The notes beneath the pieces are model-generated. The model worked only from the letters and a program-made list of their open reading frames with translations, was not told the DNA's origin and did not search any database. Positions 36,429-46,287 of a stretch of 58,619 bases of DNA are shown here, piece after piece (positions within the stretch are counted from its first letter, which is position 1; every line of letters begins with the position of its first letter). The position numbers were made by a program, and so were the translations under genes. The DNA is from a virus (taxonomy: Duplodnaviria > Caudoviricetes): positions 1 through 58,619 of IMG/VR virus record IMGVR_UViG_3300010370_006650, one strand, 5' to 3'.

Positions 36429-37553
36429 ATGGGCTTAAAGCTGAATGAGCTACAGAAAGTGGTAAAAAACGTTGTGAAAAATGAGAGAAATATTGATGCT
36501 CTCCGTGGAGAGATAGTTCGAACTCTTGGTCACACAATTCTTGTTTCTAGGGGTTTAGAAAGAATGGCTGAGAGTGCGAACGAGCGCCTCGACATTCTAG
36601 AAGCTACGGATAAATCTTACGAAAGAATTCGTCCAGCTCTGTTGCTTAAGTTCATCGATTCTTCTTCTCCTGAAGTTCGTAAATTAGTGGCTAGGTTATT
36701 ACCGGAATCTTTTTTAAAGCCCCTCATGAAGGATTCTGATCCTGCTGTAAGGGCAACCGTAGCCAACAGACTACCTACGCATTTAGTTAACGAAATGACT
36801 CGTCGCTTTCCAAAAGACGATACGCTTCGTCAAATTTCCAAGGCTAAAAAATTGCTCGAAGCTGGCTTACCAACGCCAGAAATTGAAGACGAAGAATTCG
36901 ACATGTATGGTCTTGAGCCAATCGGCGACGTTTTTGGCGATGTCGATTATCCCGATTTGACCGATGCGTGGTATGATACTTTGGCTTTAAAAATTCTCAA
37001 CATGTACGGTAGAAACATCGAAGAACAATGGGAAGAAGCTACCGTTCATCAGTATGTCGACAGTATGGCTTCTATGGGCGTCGAGGTCGATCGTCAAAGA
37101 CTATTAGACGCGGTTTACGACCTTTTAGAACAACGAGCCGATGCCGTGCTTGAAGAAAATTCGCTAGCATCAATTGCTGCAAGATTGCGTCTCGAAGAAA
37201 CCGTCGTAATGCCCGTTATATCAGAATCAATAGATCCTGTTCAGCAGTTGATCGAATCGAGGCCCTCGCCAAGTGACTACATTAAGAAGTTCGAAGAACT
37301 ATTTTCTGTCAAGTACGTTAACTCAAAAAATCCTGCTGCAGCTATAATGACTGAAGGAACCACGCGTGTGGTACATCCAGCCTCTGCACAATTATTCAAC
37401 AAGTCCATCAGAAACGTCGACGAAAAAGCAGTCGATGCTTACGTAAACGCCTGGAATTCTAGAAACAAGATGAAGGGTGAAAATTATTATAAGCTCGCTT
37501 GGACGCAAGGCGACGTTGACGGATTAGTTAATTTCCACCTGGAGTTAAAGTGA
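36429..37553 (+). CDS. Hypothetical late protein with short HEAT-like repeats
   Basis: DSSSPEVRKLVARLLP / DSDPAVRATVANRLP; ATATTTA and AGGAG upstream. Confidence 0.7.
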   Translation: MGLKLNELQKVVKNVVKNERNIDALRGEIVRTLGHTILVSRGLERMAESANERLDILEATDKSYERIRPALLLKFIDSSSPEVRKLVARLLPESFLKPLMKDSDPAVRATVANRLPTHLVNEMTRRFPKDDTLRQISKAKKLLEAGLPTPEIEDEEFDMYGLEPIGDVFGDVDYPDLTDAWYDTLALKILNMYGRNIEEQWEEATVHQYVDSMASMGVEVDRQRLLDAVYDLLEQRADAVLEENSLASIAARLRLEETVVMPVISESIDPVQQLIESRPSPSDYIKKFEELFSVKYVNSKNPAAAIMTEGTTRVVHPASAQLFNKSIRNVDEKAVDAYVNAWNSRNKMKGENYYKLAWTQGDVDGLVNFHLELK

Positions 37554-38110
37554 TGAAAAAAAGGATTTCCGAATCGATCGAAATGATGTTGACTGTTGAA
37601 CCAAATTTACAAGTAATGACGGACAATATGATTGCCGAGTGGGGCGGTACGCCATACCCACAATTATCCGTAGCTCTTGTTCATCTTAAGTATTTGGCAG
37701 CGTTGCACCAAAATCATCACTGGACATGCATGGGCGATCCTTATTATGGTGATCACCTTCTTTTTGAAAGACTTTATGGCGACTTAGCCGCTGAGATCGA
37801 CGCGATCGCCGAAAAGTCGATTGGTCTTGGTTGCACTGCAAATGTCGATCTTCAACTTTTGCATTCCCAGCTTCTTAAACTAACGGTCGGCGCAGGTTCT
37901 GCGTCAACGATTCCTCAGTCGACAGATTTAGCTAAGAAATCTTTAATGGCGGAGATGAACTTCTTGGCTGTTATGAAACACCTCTGCGATTCACTTAAAG
38001 AATGTGGTTTGATGACACATGGCCTCGACAACCTCCTCGCGGGTATTGAAGACAAGCACGAAGGCCACGTATACTTACTGAAGCAAAGAATCTCTAAACC
38101 GCTAGTTTGA
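37553..38110 (+). CDS. dps: Dps/ferritin-like protein
   Basis: HQNHHW..G..YYGDHLLFERLY..EIDAIAEK ferroxidase pattern; HEGHVYLL. Confidence 0.8.
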   Translation: MKKRISESIEMMLTVEPNLQVMTDNMIAEWGGTPYPQLSVALVHLKYLAALHQNHHWTCMGDPYYGDHLLFERLYGDLAAEIDAIAEKSIGLGCTANVDLQLLHSQLLKLTVGAGSASTIPQSTDLAKKSLMAEMNFLAVMKHLCDSLKECGLMTHGLDNLLAGIEDKHEGHVYLLKQRISKPLV

Positions 38111-38120
38111 GGAATTTATC

Positions 38121-38354
38121 GTGGATCCAATGTTAGCAACGATCATGTATTTCGCAGGAAATTTTATCCCCCAGGGATGGATGCCTTGCGACGGTTCTAC
38201 GTTACAGGCGCAACAAAACGTAGCCTTATTTTCTTTGCTTGGAAACAGATTTGGTGGTGATGGTATCCACACTTTCTGCCTTCCAAAGATTCCTGATCTA
38301 AATGGACTTAAGGCAATAATCTGTGTTGAGGGTATCTACCCTGCAAGACCATAA
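38121..38354 (+). CDS. Stand-alone phage tail collar domain protein
   Basis: FAGNFIPQGWMPCDG..NVALFSLLGNRFGGDG..TFCLP; IICVEGIYPARP. Confidence 0.85.
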   Translation: MDPMLATIMYFAGNFIPQGWMPCDGSTLQAQQNVALFSLLGNRFGGDGIHTFCLPKIPDLNGLKAIICVEGIYPARP

Positions 38355-38363
38355 GGAAATAAC

Positions 38364-38924
38364 ATGAAAATCACAACAGCGCAATTAAGAAAATTGATTA
38401 AAGAAGAAATGACTGCGGTTATGAGTGGCAAAGATCCGCAACGTTTTCTTCACGGTCATGAATCTGGTCATCCAAACGACGATGAAGGATACATGATGAA
38501 ATTGCGTCTTGCTTCACTCAAAAAAATGGCTATGGAAATCTGCGAATTGGTAGAAATGGGCGACCAATTTCCAGGTTGGGTCCAAGACCACGTTGCAGTT
38601 GCACATGAAAACATGCACCAAATTCACGGCTACTTGACTGGCGACGAGATGATTCGTCAGCACGGTGCAAACCAATTAAGCGTCGCTGAAGGTCTAAAGA
38701 GAATCGACGAAGCTCACACAAGAATTACTCCTGAAGAATTAGCTGCATGGCAGAGCGGAGATTGGGGATTCATATCAGAAGCAGACAAGGAAGAAGTCAA
38801 AGACCCAAACGACCAACCTGGTTCTTGGGCTGCGGATTATGAACCTTGCAAGTCTTGTGGTTTTGACCACCGATACGAACCAGCTGAGGCATTAGCAGCG
38901 CATAAGAAAAAGAGCAAGAAATAA
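38364..38924 (+). CDS. Putative internal head protein (MKITTAQLRKLIKEE leader)
   Basis: Leader shared with 20800 ORF; DEGYM..PGWVQDHV motif. Confidence 0.7.
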   Translation: MKITTAQLRKLIKEEMTAVMSGKDPQRFLHGHESGHPNDDEGYMMKLRLASLKKMAMEICELVEMGDQFPGWVQDHVAVAHENMHQIHGYLTGDEMIRQHGANQLSVAEGLKRIDEAHTRITPEELAAWQSGDWGFISEADKEEVKDPNDQPGSWAADYEPCKSCGFDHRYEPAEALAAHKKKSKK

Positions 38925-38974
38925 ATTATTTCGTGCTATTGTAAAAGTAGCACAAAAAGAAATAATTTGTTGAC

Positions 38975-40063
38975 ATGCAAAGAACGCTTTGTTTCGATGA
39001 CGTGTTGCTCGTTCCTCAGTACTCAGATATCGAGTCTAGATCGACAGTAGATTTGTCCGTCGCGGGATTTGATGATCCAGATGCAAGGTTAATGCCTGAA
39101 TTGCCTGTCTTGACTTGTCCGATCGTCGGTTCTCCGATGGACACGGTTATGAGTCCTGAATCTGCGATTATTTTATCAGAGATCGGTGGATTTGGAGTGT
39201 TTCACCGTTATTGTACGATTGACGATGCCAAGAAATCGTATCTTAAATTTGTCGAATTAGCAACAGATACTGACGCTCCCCAAAATGCTATGGTTGCAAT
39301 CGGCGCGACTGGAGATTACCTAGAACGCGCTCATGAATTATACGAAGCAGGTTGCAGGGCTTTTTGTATCGATGTTGCTCACGGCCATCATGCTTCGGTA
39401 AAAAGTGCATTAAAAGAAATGCGTTTGAAGTTTGGTGATAATGTGCACATTATGACAGGCAACGTTGCAACGCTTGAAGCGTTTAACGATCTTGCAGACT
39501 GGGGATCGAATTCAATTCGTGTCGGAGTAGGTGGAGGATCGATGTGTTCAACTCGTATTCGGACAGGCCATGGTATCCCTACGCTACAATCAGTTATGGA
39601 TTGTGCAAAATCCGATAGGGATGTTTTTATTGTTGCCGACGGAGGAATCCGTAATTCGGGCGATGCCGTTAAGGCTCTAGCTGCAGGAGCCGACATGCTG
39701 ATGTTGGGTTCAATCCTCGCAGGCCACGACGAGTGCCCTGGCGAATTAATCGATGATAAGGGATTGACTTATCGATCTTCCGGCGCTGCCTTGGGCGTCC
39801 CATTGTTTAAGAAATTTAGAGGTATGGCCTCTCGTGAGGCACAATTAAATTGGCGTGGCCGAGTTTCTGTCGTAGAAGGCGAATCTACGATGGTTCCATA
39901 TAAGGGTCGCATGCTGAATACGATCGCAGACCTTTTAGAAGGAATTAGATCTGGATTGTCTTACTCTGGCGCTCGCACGATTAGAGAACTTCGCGGTAAG
40001 GCTAAGTTCGTCACAGTGACGCCTCAAGGCGTTCAAGAAAATATACCACACGGTAAACGGTAA
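38975..40063 (+). CDS. guaB: IMP dehydrogenase / GMP reductase family protein (no CBS domains)
   Basis: LCFDDVLLVP, SPMDTV, IDVAHGH, GNVAT, GVGGGSMCSTR, ADGGIR, FRGMAS, SGLSYSGA; IMPDH versus GMPR not resolved. Confidence 0.85.
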   Translation: MQRTLCFDDVLLVPQYSDIESRSTVDLSVAGFDDPDARLMPELPVLTCPIVGSPMDTVMSPESAIILSEIGGFGVFHRYCTIDDAKKSYLKFVELATDTDAPQNAMVAIGATGDYLERAHELYEAGCRAFCIDVAHGHHASVKSALKEMRLKFGDNVHIMTGNVATLEAFNDLADWGSNSIRVGVGGGSMCSTRIRTGHGIPTLQSVMDCAKSDRDVFIVADGGIRNSGDAVKALAAGADMLMLGSILAGHDECPGELIDDKGLTYRSSGAALGVPLFKKFRGMASREAQLNWRGRVSVVEGESTMVPYKGRMLNTIADLLEGIRSGLSYSGARTIRELRGKAKFVTVTPQGVQENIPHGKR

Positions 40064-40064
40064 A

Positions 40065-40526
40065 TTATTTCTTGGGCTTTATGCCTTTATTCTTCATGCT
40101 CCAAGCCACTGCCCACGGGTTATCGACGTCTGGTTCTTTCTTAAGAGCCTTAACTACATCTTCATAACCCTTGGGCGTCACCTCGTCGAGACTTGATTCG
40201 CCCATACCACATTCGCAAGTTGCTTCACTCATGCCGCACTCGCCGCACATACCAGCACCTTCTGAAAGTCCACAAGAGCAAGAAGCGTCAACCTTAGGAG
40301 GCATTTGACCGCACATCGGACAAGTATCGCTATCGTCACATGCACATTGACCGTCGATTGGCATTTCGCCGCATGCTGGACAAACGACAATGTCTTCTGA
40401 AACGTCTCTAACACCTACTGCGCCAACATCGGCGATGTCTTTTACGTCACCAACTTTTGTTCCAAAGACTGGGTCAATTGGCTCGCCGAACATTTCTAAT
40501 AGCGCTTTTTCTAACTTCTTGTTCAT
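40065..40526 (-). CDS. Cys-rich hypothetical late protein
   Basis: Three CxxC..CxC units; fills gap; ATATTTA 5 nt upstream of ATG on the minus strand. Confidence 0.75.
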   Translation of the reverse strand: MNKKLEKALLEMFGEPIDPVFGTKVGDVKDIADVGAVGVRDVSEDIVVCPACGEMPIDGQCACDDSDTCPMCGQMPPKVDASCSCGLSEGAGMCGECGMSEATCECGMGESSLDEVTPKGYEDVVKALKKEPDVDNPWAVAWSMKNKGIKPKK

Positions 40527-40560
40527 GGGAATAAATATAACCGATAATTAAGATTATCAT

Positions 40561-40860
40561 ATGGCAGATTCTATGTTAATAGCGATTAGCGTGATGCTGT
40601 ATGGAACTGCTTTTGTTTTAGGGTTCCTTGTTGGGCGTTCGAATGCAAGTCCAATTGCTTCGAGTCTAGAAAAGGGATCGTTTTTAAAATCAACATCGAC
40701 AAAGGCGAAGACCGCAGTTCAAATCGACGAAAAACGATTTGTGACATCGATTTCGACAGATTCCTTGGAGAAAAAAGGAAAAGACTTGGGGACTCAAACT
40801 GTCGTAAACGACAGCGTCGATTCTGCAGTTTCAAAGCTGGCGATGCTCAAAAAAAAGTAG
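40561..40860 (+). CDS. Small membrane-anchored protein
   Basis: N-terminal hydrophobic helix LIAISVMLYGTAFVLGFLVG; directly upstream of actin-like gene. Confidence 0.7.
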   Translation: MADSMLIAISVMLYGTAFVLGFLVGRSNASPIASSLEKGSFLKSTSTKAKTAVQIDEKRFVTSISTDSLEKKGKDLGTQTVVNDSVDSAVSKLAMLKKK

Positions 40861-40883
40861 TATACTGTATTTAGGAGATAAAC

Positions 40884-41888
40884 ATGGCTAAAGGATTAGA
40901 CGTCGGTACATCATTTATCGTTCTTGCTTCTGAGAGCGCAAAAGGCAAAGTTGTTTACAAGGATTTTCGCGATGCCTTTTACGTTATCAAACCTTCGACA
41001 CCTATCGCGACGAAGATGATTGAGAAGGGTTTGGCAGGAAAGACATTCGTTAAAGACTCCGACGGTTCTTTTATCATTCTGGGTAAGGATGCAATCGAGA
41101 AGGCAGTAGAAAGAAATGATTCGGCGAAGCGACCAATGTATAAGGGCGTTGTCTCATCGAAAGAAAAAGACGCCAGAAGAATTTTGACGTACATCCTTAA
41201 AGAGGTAGCTGGCACTCCTACGGAAGCTGGTGAAAAATTAGTCTTTTGCGTACCAGCTCAACCTGTTGACCAAGAAGACGAAGACTTTGACGTTGGATAT
41301 CACGAAGACGTTATCATCAAGTTATTGACCGAAGTTGGTTACGCTGCTCGCGCAATTAACGAAGCAGAAGCTCTATGCTATTCTGAATTAGAAAACGACG
41401 ACTATACTGGCGTTTGTCTGTCGTGGGGCGCAGGCATGGTCAACGTTTGCGTGATGCTTAACGGTGAGCCTGTTGTTAAGTTTTCTACTACAAAGTCAGG
41501 AGATTGGGTGGATCGCATGGCCGCGGTAGCGACTGGCGAATCTGATTCAATTGTACAAGCCGAAAAGGAAAACGGCGACTTCGTAGTTGGTGAACCAAAC
41601 GAAAATCAGGTTTTATCGGCCGTCGCAACCTATTACGACCGTCTTATCGATTACACGACGAAGCAACTCGCCTCTGCGATGGACGGTCACAAGTCAATTC
41701 CAAAGTTTAAGGATGCTTTGCCTGTCGTCGTGGCAGGTGGAACTTCCAAGGCCAAGGGTTTCGTGGATCTATTTGCCAAGAAACTTGAGGAAAATGGATT
41801 CCCTCTACCCGTCAAGGAAGTTCGTCATGCAGCTGATCCTCTGCACGCAGTCGCTCGTGGCTGTTTAATTGCGGCGCAGGTAATGTAA
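40884..41888 (+). CDS. Actin-fold ATPase (MreB/MamK/FtsA-like)
   Basis: GLDVGTS, INEAEA, SWGAGMVN, SGDWVD, VAGGTS, PLHAVARG. Confidence 0.85.
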   Translation: MAKGLDVGTSFIVLASESAKGKVVYKDFRDAFYVIKPSTPIATKMIEKGLAGKTFVKDSDGSFIILGKDAIEKAVERNDSAKRPMYKGVVSSKEKDARRILTYILKEVAGTPTEAGEKLVFCVPAQPVDQEDEDFDVGYHEDVIIKLLTEVGYAARAINEAEALCYSELENDDYTGVCLSWGAGMVNVCVMLNGEPVVKFSTTKSGDWVDRMAAVATGESDSIVQAEKENGDFVVGEPNENQVLSAVATYYDRLIDYTTKQLASAMDGHKSIPKFKDALPVVVAGGTSKAKGFVDLFAKKLEENGFPLPVKEVRHAADPLHAVARGCLIAAQVM

Positions 41889-41897
41889 TATGCTTGC

Positions 41898-42659
41898 ATG
41901 AAAAAAGTCGAGTTCAAGGACGGCCTGGCAATAAACGGCGACTCCACGTCGCAAGAGATTGTAGACATTGTGAAGGACTATCTGGGGAACGCTAACGTTC
42001 CCCTCATCGCCACCGATCCACCGTATGGCAATATCGTTATGCAGGATTGGGATCGAGTCAAAATGTCCGACGACGAGTACGCAGATCATATGATTCAGTG
42101 GACTCGATTGTGGTCGCAGCTCCTCGAACAAGGCGGAGCTTTCTATGTCTGGGGTGGAATAGGTCTACCTAACTTCAGACCGTTCATCAAGTATTTGACA
42201 CGTGTGGAAGACAACAACTTTAAGATGTCGAACTTGATCACGTGGTCGAAGAAGCGCGCCTATGGTGTCCAGAACAACTATCTTTTTACGCGTGAAGAAT
42301 TGGCGTATTTCGTCAAGGGCAATCCAAAGAAACCCCTCAAGTTTAATATCCCGCTATTAGAGACGAAGCGAGGGTATGCCGGTTACAACGAGAAGTATCC
42401 AGCCAAGAGCGAGTTCTTTCGTCGTACCAATGTCTGGATGGACATCAACGAGATATTCAAGGGCAAACTTCATCCAACACAAAAACCTTCTCGCGTTGTA
42501 GAAATCCCGATCGAAGTTCATACTGATCCAGGAGAATTCGTCATCGATCCTTTTGCGGGATCCGGCGCGACTGCGTTCGCTGCCAGAAAATTAGGCAGGA
42601 AGTTTATCGTTGTTGAAAAGGACGAAGAGATCTTTGAAAAGATGATCGAAAAATTGTGA
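41898..42659 (+). CDS. DNA methyltransferase, N6-adenine/N4-cytosine, beta-class
   Basis: TDPPY precedes HPTQKP and IDPFAGSGAT. Confidence 0.92.
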   Translation: MKKVEFKDGLAINGDSTSQEIVDIVKDYLGNANVPLIATDPPYGNIVMQDWDRVKMSDDEYADHMIQWTRLWSQLLEQGGAFYVWGGIGLPNFRPFIKYLTRVEDNNFKMSNLITWSKKRAYGVQNNYLFTREELAYFVKGNPKKPLKFNIPLLETKRGYAGYNEKYPAKSEFFRRTNVWMDINEIFKGKLHPTQKPSRVVEIPIEVHTDPGEFVIDPFAGSGATAFAARKLGRKFIVVEKDEEIFEKMIEKL

Positions 42660-42716
42660 TCGACCGCGTGCATGAAAATTTGTCTAACGATGTGTTATTG
42701 TAGTTAGACAAACCTT

Positions 42717-45700
42717 ATGTCGCATACTCCCAAACGTTTCGTCGGTCTTCACGGGCACTCAGGCGCGTCGGTTTTCGATGGACTCGATTACCCACAAGAT
42801 CACATTGATTTCGTCATGGAAAATGGCATGGACGCCTGGTCGCTTACGGACCACGGCCACATGAATGGATTTGGCCATGCGTATCTCCACGCCGAAAAAT
42901 TGCGAAAGTCAGGCAAGAACTTTAAGCTAATTCCTGGTTGCGAGATGTACGTCCATCCCGACCTGAAGCAGTGGCAGGTTGACCTCGAAAAGTCAAAAGA
43001 GAAGCCAGCGAAGAACGAGTCGATTATTACGCCGCTGACGGCCGTGGTCGACGCCAACGACGAGACGGTAGACGTCGGCGTCGAAGAATCTACGCTGACT
43101 ATCGAGAACGAGGACGAAACTAAGTCGGGCAAATACAACGATCCAGTGAAGCGCAGGCACCACCTGGTCGTGCTTCCAAAAACATCCGTTGGTTTGCAAA
43201 GGCTATTTCACCTAGTTTCTAGAGGGTACCTGGAGGGCTTCTATCGCTTCCCCCGTGTCGACTACTCTATGTTAAAGGAGGCCGCGAAGGGCGGTCATCT
43301 GATGGTTAGCACCGCTTGTCTCGGCGGACCATTGTGTTACGACGTTTTTGAACAACTTCAGAAGGTTTCTTTCGAGGAATTAAAGTACACTCTTCTCGAC
43401 GATTCGGCCCTTTTTGAGCGGGTGTTGACGTCGATGGGAAATACGTACGACAAGCTGGTCGACGCTGTCGGTAAAGAGAACGTCTGCCTGGAGATTCAAT
43501 TCAACAAACTATCGGCGCAACACTTGGCCAATAGGGCCATCATCGAGTTCGCGAAGCGTAATTCTCTGACCGACCGCCTCGTAGTTACTTGTGATTCACA
43601 CTATTCTCGACCCGACCACTGGAAGGAGAGAGAAATCTACAAGAAGCTGGGATGGCTCAATTACCAAAGTTTCGACCCAAACTCGCTTCCGAAGTCGCCC
43701 GAAGAATTGAAGTGCGAGCTTTATCCCAAGAACGCGACGCAGATCTGGGATACGTACCGCCAATCGACAGAAGGTATGACGTTCTACGACGACACGATCG
43801 TCTGTGACGCCATTGAACGAACTCACGATATCGTTCACAATGAACTCGCCGACATTCAACCCGATCGTTCGATGAAGCTACCGTCCTACGTCATTCCAGA
43901 AGGTATGACGGAAGACAAGGCCCTCGTCGCTGCGTGTAAGGAAGGATTGGTCTGGCGCGGTTTGGCAGATAGACCCGAGTACATCGAGCGCCTCAAATAC
44001 GAGTTAAAGATCATTCGCGACAAGAAGTTCTCCAACTACTTCTTGACGATGAAGGCCATCCTCGACATTGCAAGAGAAAATATGCTCCTTGGCCCAGGCC
44101 GCGGTTCGGCCGCCGGTGCCTTGGTTGCATATGTGTTGGGCATCACCAACCTCGATCCAATCGAGTACGACCTACCCTTCGAGCGATTCATGAATCCGGC
44201 TCGCCAAGGTTATCCCGATATCGACAGCGACATCTCGGATCGCGATAAGTTGCTCGAACTCCTTCGTGATAAGTTCGGCGCGCAGAACGTAATTCCAATC
44301 TCGAACTATAACACCTTCAAGCTAAAGAGCCTCATCAAGGATATCTCGAGGTTCTATGGAATTCCATTCGAAGAAGTCAACGCTGCGATGGCGCCGATTG
44401 AAGACGACGTGAAGCGCGAGCTGTTCAAGCCAGGCACCGACAAGAACCTCTTCGTGCTTACCTACGAAGACGCGATGAAGTATTCAAAGTCGCTACAGGA
44501 CTTTATCGCCGCGCATCCCGAGGTCGCAGGACCCATCAAGATTCTATTCAAACAGAATCGGTCTCTTGGTCGTCATGCTGGCGGCGTCATCGTTTCGGAA
44601 AACATTGCCGAGAGAATGCCATTGATCCTCGCCCGCGGTGAACCTCAGACGCCGTGGGTCGAGGGCATGACCTATAAGCACCTCGAGGAACTTGGCTGGA
44701 TTAAGTTCGACTTGCTCGGCCTCGAAACCTTGCGCATCATTGAGCGAACCATCCACCTTATCCTCCAGCGTCGAGAAGGTATCGCCAACCCGACGTTTCC
44801 ACAGATCCGTGCGTGGTTCGATAAGCACATGGATCCGAAGAACATCGACCTGAACGATCAAAAGGTCTATGAATACGTTTACCATGAAGGTCGATTCGCA
44901 GGCGTATTCCAGCTTGCAGGTCAAGGCGCGCAGCGTCTCTTTATGAAGGCGAAGCCCAAGAACATTATCGATATCGCGACCTTGACATCGATTTTTCGTC
45001 CGGGCCCCCTCGCCGCAGGCGTCGATAAATTATATGTCAACTCGAAGAACGAACCAGACAAGATCGATTATCAACATCCTTTAATTAAAAAGGTTTTGGA
45101 ACCGACGTATGGTTGTATCGTATTTCAGGAGCAAATCATGAAATTGTGCTCTGTCGTTGCTGGTTTTCCCGAGGCAGAGACAGACACGATTCGTCGAAAT
45201 CTATTGAAGAGAACTGCTGCGAAGAGAGATGCTAACTTTGACGAAGCGAAGAAGACGAAGGACGAATTCGTTGCCGGATCGGTTAGAAATGGCGTTCCTG
45301 AAAAAATTGCCGACGATCTTTTCGAGAAGATCTTGTACTTCGCTGGATACGGCTTTAACGCATCGCACGCTGTGTCTTATGCGATCGATTCTTACTATTG
45401 CGCTTGGCTCCTCACCTACTTTGAGGAGGAGTGGCTGTGCGCGTATCTCGAGTCGATGTCGGGTACCGACGACAAGCGAGCCAAGGCGTTCTCCGAAGTG
45501 AAGGCTCTCGGTTATAAGATCGTCAACGTCGACATCAATTATGCAACGGATAGTTGGACGATTCTAGATGGCAAGCGATTCATGCCAAGCTTCTTGTCCT
45601 GTAAGGGCGTTGGCTCGGCGGCGATCGAAGAACTCATCGAGAATCGACCCTATAAGTCTATCGAAGAGATGCTGTGGTACCCGACAGGTCAATGGCGACA

Positions 45701-46286
45701 TTCAAAGTTTAATAAACGAGCGCTTGAGGCTCTTGTAGCCATCAAGGCTTTCGATTCTCTCGATTGCGTCGGTCCCGACAAGACCTTCAACAACTACAAA
45801 CAAATGTACGAAGTGTTGATCAATCGCAACAACGAGATCAAGAAGTGGACGAAGAAGAATCCGACTGCAGGTATGGAAGCTTTCAAGGCAGCGTTAATCG
45901 AGACCCAGGACATTGAAGACTGGACGCGCCGCGAAATTGTCGACAATAGCACCAAGTACCTGAGTTCGTTCAACCCAGCAACTCTGGTACCTGACTACAT
46001 CCTTTCCAAGTTCGAAGAGAAGGGAATTAAGCCTATCGACGAAGTAGAAGCCAGCGACGTCTATTGGTTTGTAGTCATGGGCGTCAAGGAGAAGAAGACG
46101 AAGAATGGTAAACCATACTTGATGTTGGATACTTCGGGTCCAACTGGACAAATCAAACGACTGTTTTGTTGGGGTTGGAATGGCGAGACCGAAATCCCTG
46201 TTTATTCGGTCTGTATTTCAGAAGTCACTGTAGATAGTTTCGGGTGCAAAACGTTCGTTAGTAAGATTAAGATCTTGGAGGGTTGA
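42717..46286 (+). CDS. dnaE: DNA polymerase III alpha subunit
   Basis: PHP domain HGH..DG..TDHG..GCE; GPGRGSAAG; PDIDSD; GRHAGG; IKFDLLGL; YGFNASHAVSY. Confidence 0.97.
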   Translation: MSHTPKRFVGLHGHSGASVFDGLDYPQDHIDFVMENGMDAWSLTDHGHMNGFGHAYLHAEKLRKSGKNFKLIPGCEMYVHPDLKQWQVDLEKSKEKPAKNESIITPLTAVVDANDETVDVGVEESTLTIENEDETKSGKYNDPVKRRHHLVVLPKTSVGLQRLFHLVSRGYLEGFYRFPRVDYSMLKEAAKGGHLMVSTACLGGPLCYDVFEQLQKVSFEELKYTLLDDSALFERVLTSMGNTYDKLVDAVGKENVCLEIQFNKLSAQHLANRAIIEFAKRNSLTDRLVVTCDSHYSRPDHWKEREIYKKLGWLNYQSFDPNSLPKSPEELKCELYPKNATQIWDTYRQSTEGMTFYDDTIVCDAIERTHDIVHNELADIQPDRSMKLPSYVIPEGMTEDKALVAACKEGLVWRGLADRPEYIERLKYELKIIRDKKFSNYFLTMKAILDIARENMLLGPGRGSAAGALVAYVLGITNLDPIEYDLPFERFMNPARQGYPDIDSDISDRDKLLELLRDKFGAQNVIPISNYNTFKLKSLIKDISRFYGIPFEEVNAAMAPIEDDVKRELFKPGTDKNLFVLTYEDAMKYSKSLQDFIAAHPEVAGPIKILFKQNRSLGRHAGGVIVSENIAERMPLILARGEPQTPWVEGMTYKHLEELGWIKFDLLGLETLRIIERTIHLILQRREGIANPTFPQIRAWFDKHMDPKNIDLNDQKVYEYVYHEGRFAGVFQLAGQGAQRLFMKAKPKNIIDIATLTSIFRPGPLAAGVDKLYVNSKNEPDKIDYQHPLIKKVLEPTYGCIVFQEQIMKLCSVVAGFPEAETDTIRRNLLKRTAAKRDANFDEAKKTKDEFVAGSVRNGVPEKIADDLFEKILYFAGYGFNASHAVSYAIDSYYCAWLLTYFEEEWLCAYLESMSGTDDKRAKAFSEVKALGYKIVNVDINYATDSWTILDGKRFMPSFLSCKGVGSAAIEELIENRPYKSIEEMLWYPTGQWRHSKFNKRALEALVAIKAFDSLDCVGPDKTFNNYKQMYEVLINRNNEIKKWTKKNPTAGMEAFKAALIETQDIEDWTRREIVDNSTKYLSSFNPATLVPDYILSKFEEKGIKPIDEVEASDVYWFVVMGVKEKKTKNGKPYLMLDTSGPTGQIKRLFCWGWNGETEIPVYSVCISEVTVDSFGCKTFVSKIKILEG

Positions 46287-46287
46287 C

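Noticed and set aside
24265-46286. Inteins or introns in recA, helicase, nrdJ or dnaE
   Set aside because: Lengths are near canonical, motifs are uninterrupted and no intein splice-junction motifs were seen
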